Positions 58,498 to 64,000 of a stretch of 64,000 nt of DNA are shown here, piece after piece. The first letter of the stretch is position 1. The number at the start of each line of letters is the position of its first letter. Origin of the DNA: Cercozoa sp. M6MM (taxonomy: Eukaryota > Protista > Endomyxa: Ascetosporea); NCBI GenBank assembly GCA_040357565.1, contig JBDODJ010000005.1. The stretch is one strand, 5' to 3'. The notes below the pieces were generated by a model that had not been told where the DNA came from, did no database searches, and worked only from the letters and a program-made list of their open reading frames with translations. The translations under genes and the position numbers were made by a program.

Positions 58498-61105
58498 CTA
58501 TTCCGTGGCAGTGGCGCCGGCGACCTCGTCGGCCCAGTTGCCCCAGAGACGCTCGTCCTTCTCTGCGCCGTTCATCTGCACAAAACAAGTAGTGCCTAGC
58601 TAGGGTGAAAGACAGGGAGAGGGAGGGCAAAGGCTACGTTGGCCAGCTGCAGGAAGCAGTCGTAGACGGCGAGTTCCTCGCGCAGGAGGCAGCGCACGTG
58701 CCGCATGTGGCGCAGCTCGCGCTCAGCCTGTCGCGCGTTCTCGCCGTCCTTCTGCTGCTCCATGCGCGTCAGGAGACTCTCGGTGAGGTGCAGGATCTGT
58801 GCCACGTTGCCCATGCTCTGCTGCAGCATCTCCTTGGTCTTGTGCAGCGCCGCCTCGCGCGAGCCCAGCTCGCCCGTGGCCTGAGTAATGGGGAGGGGGG
58901 TAAAGGAGCAAAGAGTGGGGGGGGGGTAACACACCTGGTTGAAAGAGGCAGCGTGCTGGTACTGCAGCACACGGCGCAGGTCGCCGCGATGCACGCGCTG
59001 CAGGATGCGCTCGCCTTTGACTCGCGCCGCGATGCGCAGCGGCAGGATCACGCCGTGTGCCATCGGGTTCTCCGGCTGAGGTGTAGGGTAAAAGAGGGGT
59101 TAAGCAGGGAGAAGGTGGTAAAAGGAGGGGTACACTCTGGGTGGGCACAGTGAGTTCGCGCAGCGGCTCAGACGACACATCGCGATTCTCGCCGGCGTCG
59201 GTCTGCTTGGCCACAGTCTCGGCATCGGCACTGGTCCACTTGCGCAGCAGCTCCATCGCCGCCGTGTCAAGTCGCGTTACAAAGGGCTCTGGGGCAACGG
59301 GAGTAACGGGGAACGGTCAAGGGGGTAAGGGGTAAGGGGTAAAGAGGGTAGGGGTAAGGGGTAAAGAGGGTAAGGGTAAAGGGAGTAAGGGGCAAAGGGG
59401 GCAAAGGGGTAAGGGGGCAAAGAGGGCAAAGGGGAAGGGTAAAGGGGTAAGGGTAAAGGAGTAGAGAGGTAAAGGAGTAGAGAGGTAGAGGGGTAGAGGG
59501 GTAGAGGGGTAGAGGGGTAGAGGGAACTAGGGACAGCAAGAGGCACCAGTCTCCAGAGCATTGTCCGACAGCGCGAGCAATTCGGCCGAGTTGCCGCTCT
59601 TGTCGCCCTTACCTGTGGGGAGGGGCAAAGGGGTAAGGGAGGGGCAAAGGGGTAAGGGAGGGGCNNNNNNNNNNGGGAGGGGCAAAGGGGTAAGGGAGGG
59701 GCAAAGGGGTAAGGGAGGGGCAAGGGGTGGGGGAGGTAGAACCGCCGCACTCGCCCGTGTTGAGCAGGTTGTCGAGCGAGGAGGCCGAGTTTCGCAGCTT
59801 GAGCACATCGCCGACCTGGAGGTCGCGCGTGGCCTTGAGCACCAGGTGATCGTCCTGCCACTCGACGGCGACGTTGGCGTCCTGCTCCAGATAGGCCGGG
59901 TGCAACTGGTCCAGGAACGGCACGTACACCTTGGCCTGCTCCGTCGTTAGTGTGCGTGACCACCTGGGGTGGGGGAGGGTAGGGACAAAGGGTAGGGGTA
60001 CAGGGTGGGCAGGGCCAAGGAGTTTCGAGGTAAAGTGGGGTAGGGGATACCACGTAGCCAGCAAGCGACCCCAAGTGAGCGGGTTTGGCATGACACTGTC
60101 GACGCTGTCAGCGACACCGGCGGCGTTGCGCTGCACGGTGGCCGCAAAGGTCTGCATCGTGCTGCTGGCAAAGTTGTGCTGCACCATGCACAGGTGCATC
60201 AGTGCCGACGCCGGCAGCAGCACCTGTCGCTTCTTGGGCTGCCAGAAGAAGGGCAAGTTCTCCACCTGTGCCTGCGACGGCATCAGCGGCAGATACGACG
60301 CCCTGCAGTAGGGGGGGGGGGGTAAAGCATAGAGGGGTAGATGGTGACAGGGAGGTGCACCAGAACAAGTCGGTGGCACCAGCGAACTTCTTGGTGTGCA
60401 CACGACGCTGCAGGTCGACGTTCCAGGCAGCGAAAGCGACAGGTGCCAACTGCTCGCGCATGGCAGCGTCCAGGTCGCCATGCAGCAGACCGAGGTTCGA
60501 ACACAGGTCATTCACGGTCATTGCCGCCAGCTTGGACTGCTTGAGCACTGAGTGCGCGTCCAGCAGCAGCGACGTCGGCACCTTCAGCAATTCCTCGCCG
60601 CTCTTGACACCCTGCATAACAACCCAAAAACTAAACTCAACCAAACTCAAAGCAACTCAACTAAACTCAAAGCAACCCAGTCCAAAGTAACTCAACTCAA
60701 AGAGACTCAGCTCAGCTCAATTCAAGCAAAGCAACTCAACTCAACTCAAAACAAAGCAACGCACCTGCTGACAACGCAAACCGCGACGCACGCAATCGAA
60801 GTTGTCGGCCGTCTCTTCGGGCGCAACTACGGACGACTGCAGCCGTCCAACGAATCAACCACATAAGATAAGCAAACACACAATGTCAATGGGGGGGGGG
60901 GTGGGGGGGGGGGGGGGGGTACGAGATCGCCGCCGTTCTTGCTAAGGGTATCGCGTGCCATCTCGAACGCCTATGTGAAGTTAAGCTGTTGCTGACGCAT
61001 GGTGTAGCAGCAAACCACTGTTCTTACCGTGGCGAATGCCGAGTTCGAGTTCCAGCGACGCTGCGCAGCGCGCGCGCGAATCTGCATCAACCTGCTTCGA
61101 GGCAT
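58498..61105 (-). CDS. SET-domain (LSMT/SETD3/SETD4-like) protein with a predicted mitochondrial presequence and degenerate catalytic motifs
   Basis: RRGLRCQQGVKSGEELLKVPTSLLL, W-ASYLPLMP..LPFFW, SRT..YVPFLDQLH..LKATRDLQVGD..DNLLNTG; N-terminus MPRSRLMQIRARAAQRRWNS. Confidence 0.75.
59289..59546 (-). repeat. Intron made of degenerate TTACCCC / CTACCCCT repeats (G-runs on the + strand)
   Basis: ggggtaa and ggggtaga units on the + strand between GT-AG boundaries of the minus-strand gene. Confidence 0.9.
60620..60755. repeat. Intronic degenerate (AACTC)n pentamer repeat
   Basis: aactcaa units, direct observation. Confidence 0.8.
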
Positions 61106-61504
61106 TGTACTCCCGCGTGTGCTAACACTCAATTCTACACACAAGTGTGCTTTAAAGCCGCCGGCGGCCTGTGCACAGCTGTCGCGGAATGCTGATCTCG
61201 GGACAGTCAAAACTGAACATTTGTGGAATCGAATTCATCTATGCTCGACTACTCTATCCATCGATGTCCTTTGTCATACTGTGGGCGTACTAGCCCGGGA
61301 CTTTAACGGAATCGAGAGGTTAACTTGCTCTTGTGACCCACCCCAGACTGGTGCAGGGGAACTACATAGTTGGTTTCCTAGAAGACTCAACTGGCTAGCT
61401 AACTTGCTCGTGCTGGCTTAGTTCGGCCATTTTCGGGAAGTGAATACAAAAAAACAACTAGCGATGGGAGAGCGACACCTCAATACAAGGAAGTCTATTC
61501 CTTT

Positions 61505-61855
61505 TTAGTGGTCCGACGAACGCTGCGTACAAACAAAGCAAAGTCTTGGTGCAGAGCAAAAGAGACACATACGCTTAAAATTTTCGGTACCTCGGCCAGG
61601 TAGGTGGCAGCCTTGATGTAGTTGGCGGCGCACTTGCTCAGGCAGGCCTCCTCGCTTGACGAGAGAGACGAGCTGCTGGACGAGGCGTCCACGCACTTGT
61701 CCCAGCACGCCGACGTGATCTTGATCATCGTCTCTGCGGCCAAAATCATTGAACAAAAGAAACCACAAAACAAAACAAAATATACGCGTCAGGTAGGACT
61801 GCTGCTGGAGCTGCATCAGCTGCTGCTGAACGGCCGCGACGTCAGCCTTGGACAT
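61505..61855 (-). CDS. Small Tim chaperone (Tim8/Tim13 family, twin CX3C)
   Basis: Spliced: MSKADVAAVQQQLMQLQQQSYLTQTMIKITSACWDKCVD..LSSSEEACLSKCAANYIKAATYLAERSSDH*. Confidence 0.88.
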   Translation of the reverse strand: MSKADVAAVQQQLMQLQQQSYLTRIFCFVLWFLLFNDFGRRDDDQDHVGVLGQVRGRLVQQLVSLVKRGGLPEQVRRQLHQGCHLPGRGTENFKRMCLFCSAPRLCFVCTQRSSDH

Positions 61856-62025
61856 GGTTGATTCGGGTGTATCGGGACGCACGGAGCACAGCGAAACGCG
61901 GGCCGCGAACACAACAACTTTTTGTGTGATGAGCCGGAGCCAGCTCGGTGCTTGAGCCGGACTAAAAAAGCGAATGGCTGACGCTCCAGGCTGTGTGAAC
62001 GCGTGTGTTTCTGTATGCGGGCGTA

Positions 62026-63351
62026 ATGAGTGTTGGTGAGAAGCGCGCTCGCGCGGAGTCAGAACACATTGTGGATGATCCACAAGGAAGGCAAGACAAT
62101 GCACAGATGATTGATCTCACGGTCAACTCGCCGCCGCCGGCCAAGCGAAGAAGGCAGATGGAAGTAGCAGCAGCAGCCAGCACGAGTGACATGGACATCG
62201 GTAGTGATAGCGACGAAGAAGGCGAGATTGTCGAGCAGGTGAACCAGGCCGTGCGAAAGGGCAGCAGCAACAGCGACAGCGACAGTGACGACGACGTGCA
62301 GTCGCTGCTGGCGCGACTCGACGCCGAGATCTCGGCAAAGCAAGCCACGGTGACGAATATTTCTGCGCGTGCCTCGCCGCCCAAAAAGAGCACGCAGGTC
62401 TTTCTCAAGAAGAAAGTGACACGGTAGCTTGTGTCATTCCTTTTCTAGCTTTGACTGTGTTCTGTACTATCTCTGTTCTGTACTATCTCTGTTCTGTACT
62501 GATTCTGTTCTGTATTGACTGTATTGGTGTGTGTGTGTGTGTGTGTGTGCTAACAGGTACTACCAAGAGAACTCGAGCACAGTGACACCGCTGCCCAAAT
62601 GTTTCGCGTGCAACGGACTGGGACACATGCGCGACGAGTGCCCTGTAGCACGCCTTGGCGAGCAGTGCTTCCTGTGCGGCCACCGAGGACACAACAACGA
62701 GAGCTGTCCGCAACGCGTGTGTCACAAGTGTCTACGCGAGGGACACAGCGCGAACCAGTGCACGTCTAGACGTGCCGCCAAGGTGGTGCTGTGCATACGC
62801 TGCGGCTCGGGTGATCACCAAGTGCACCAATGCGCCGAGGAGCTCTCACGACGCATGCCAGGACTCACGTGCATCACGTGCGGCAAGACTGTACCCTTCC
62901 CCTGTGTTACTCCCTCTTATCCGTATCACCTTTTACTCTTTACGTCTTGGGAGTAGGGTCACGCGAACTGCAGCGCCAAGAGTCGAAAGTGCAAGCGCAT
63001 CTGCGCATGTTTCAGCTGCGGCAGTAGGAGGCACACGGTGGCCACATGTCCGCATTTTGAGCCGATGGACCTCCCCACCGTGCTGGCTGGTCTTGCCTCT
63101 GCCTACAACCGTCACAGGAGGCGTACTCTACTTTCTTTGTCTGCTGTCTTCTGTTATCTGATGAAAGCAATGCATTTTTAGCAAGAGGACCGAAACTTTG
63201 CTTCAACTGCAACCAGCCCGGCCACGAGCGTCGCGACTGCCCGAATGCGCTGCGAAGGGCACCGTCCAGAGACTACTACTCGGGCGGCAATCGCAACAAC
63301 CGCGGCTTCAACAACCGCAACGGGCCCTCACGTTACCGTCGGAACCGGTGA
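62026..63351 (+). CDS. Multiple CCHC zinc-knuckle protein (AIR1/AIR2/ZCCHC7-like TRAMP subunit)
   Basis: RYY followed by tandem CX2CX4HX4C knuckles (CFACNGLGHMRDEC, CFLCGHRGHNNESC, CHKCLREGHSANQC, CIRCGSGDHQVHQC, CFSCGSRRHTVATC, CFNCNQPGHERRDC). Confidence 0.78.
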
Positions 63352-63626
63352 AACTCGTCGACCTCCAGTACGCTACGGTCCCGTCCGGTCAACGCAACTG
63401 GCAAACGTAAGCGTGGCGAACGCAACTAACTAGCTCGACTAAAGCACTGGTACGTACAGCCAGCGTATCGTGTCGTCACAACATTTTGAACTCGACTGAA
63501 GCGAACGGCGCGACACGACTCAGTCGAGTTCACGCGAGCGAAGGTGCCAGTGCAATTCGTGTGCGTGACAGTGATTCGATTCCAGTTTGACCCAATTCAA
63601 TTGCAATCCGTAAATGAGCTACTAGC

Positions 63627-64000
63627 TTAGTTGCATCGCAAGATGATCGAATTCCTCCCACTTCGGGTCAGGTCAGAGTCACTGGCAGATGACCGGATTT
63701 GGTTGATTTCGGCCTAACAGCACGGTAAGTATATAAGGAGCTTCAGGACGTTGCCCACAACGAGACCAAGCGCGCACTGCAGTACACTCGACATGAGCAG
63801 GGTTTGCAAACCACAGGGTGCTTCAGTTCTTGCAGCGTGTGTCATTTTGGTTTCCAGCCAGGAGAACATTCTCAGATCGTCAACGACAATGCCAACCTCG
63901 ACGGCGCCGCGGAGCTTGTTGGTGCCCTGTTGGTTGAGCATGAACTCGGAAAACCGGACAGCGACGTTGCTTATGATTCTTTGGTAAGTTATTTTGTCCG
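63627..64000 (-). CDS. 3' end of an unidentified gene entering from beyond the window
   Basis: Open frame from the window edge (DKITYQRIISNVAVRFSEFML...) and a plausible last exon ending in TAA at 63627. Confidence 0.35.

Noticed and set aside
59289-59740. Interstitial telomere
   Set aside because: Units are degenerate GGGGTAA/GGGGTAGA rather than TTAGGG arrays, and they are confined to introns

Overview
Gene-dense, very intron-rich eukaryotic genomic DNA (probably a protist; the lineage cannot be fixed from this window), from a draft scaffold with N-gaps mostly at (GT)n/(CA)n microsatellites. By splicing GT-AG introns manually (most about 50-80 nt) I support roughly 24 protein-coding genes in the standard code. 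They include BCS1, an Arf-GEF with an unusual MABP-Sec7-PH-FYVE-like layout, transketolase, LSM8, an RRM/RS protein, UDP-glucose dehydrogenase, RanGAP, G-protein beta, MCCB, a bacterial-type zinc/quinone oxidoreductase, a SURP/G-patch protein, an NT-C2 coiled-coil protein, a spastin-like AAA ATPase, a CCDC78-like protein with a degenerate kinesin motor domain, a SAM methyltransferase, NUP35, a degenerate SET-domain protein with a mitochondrial-type presequence, a small Tim and an AIR/ZCCHC7-like protein. The most notable observations are: (1) the TPP-binding exon of transketolase lies on the opposite strand between inverted (GT)n/(CA)n tracts; (2) 5' splice sites follow a GTAC consensus that almost never has +5G, and many introns carry sense-strand C-rich TACCC tracts; (3) two apparent pseudo-enzymes, one kinesin and one SET; (4) the Arf-GEF architecture. 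No tRNA, rRNA, CRISPR array or transposon was recognised. CDS coordinates are gene spans that include introns, and family assignments rest on motif recognition without database searches.
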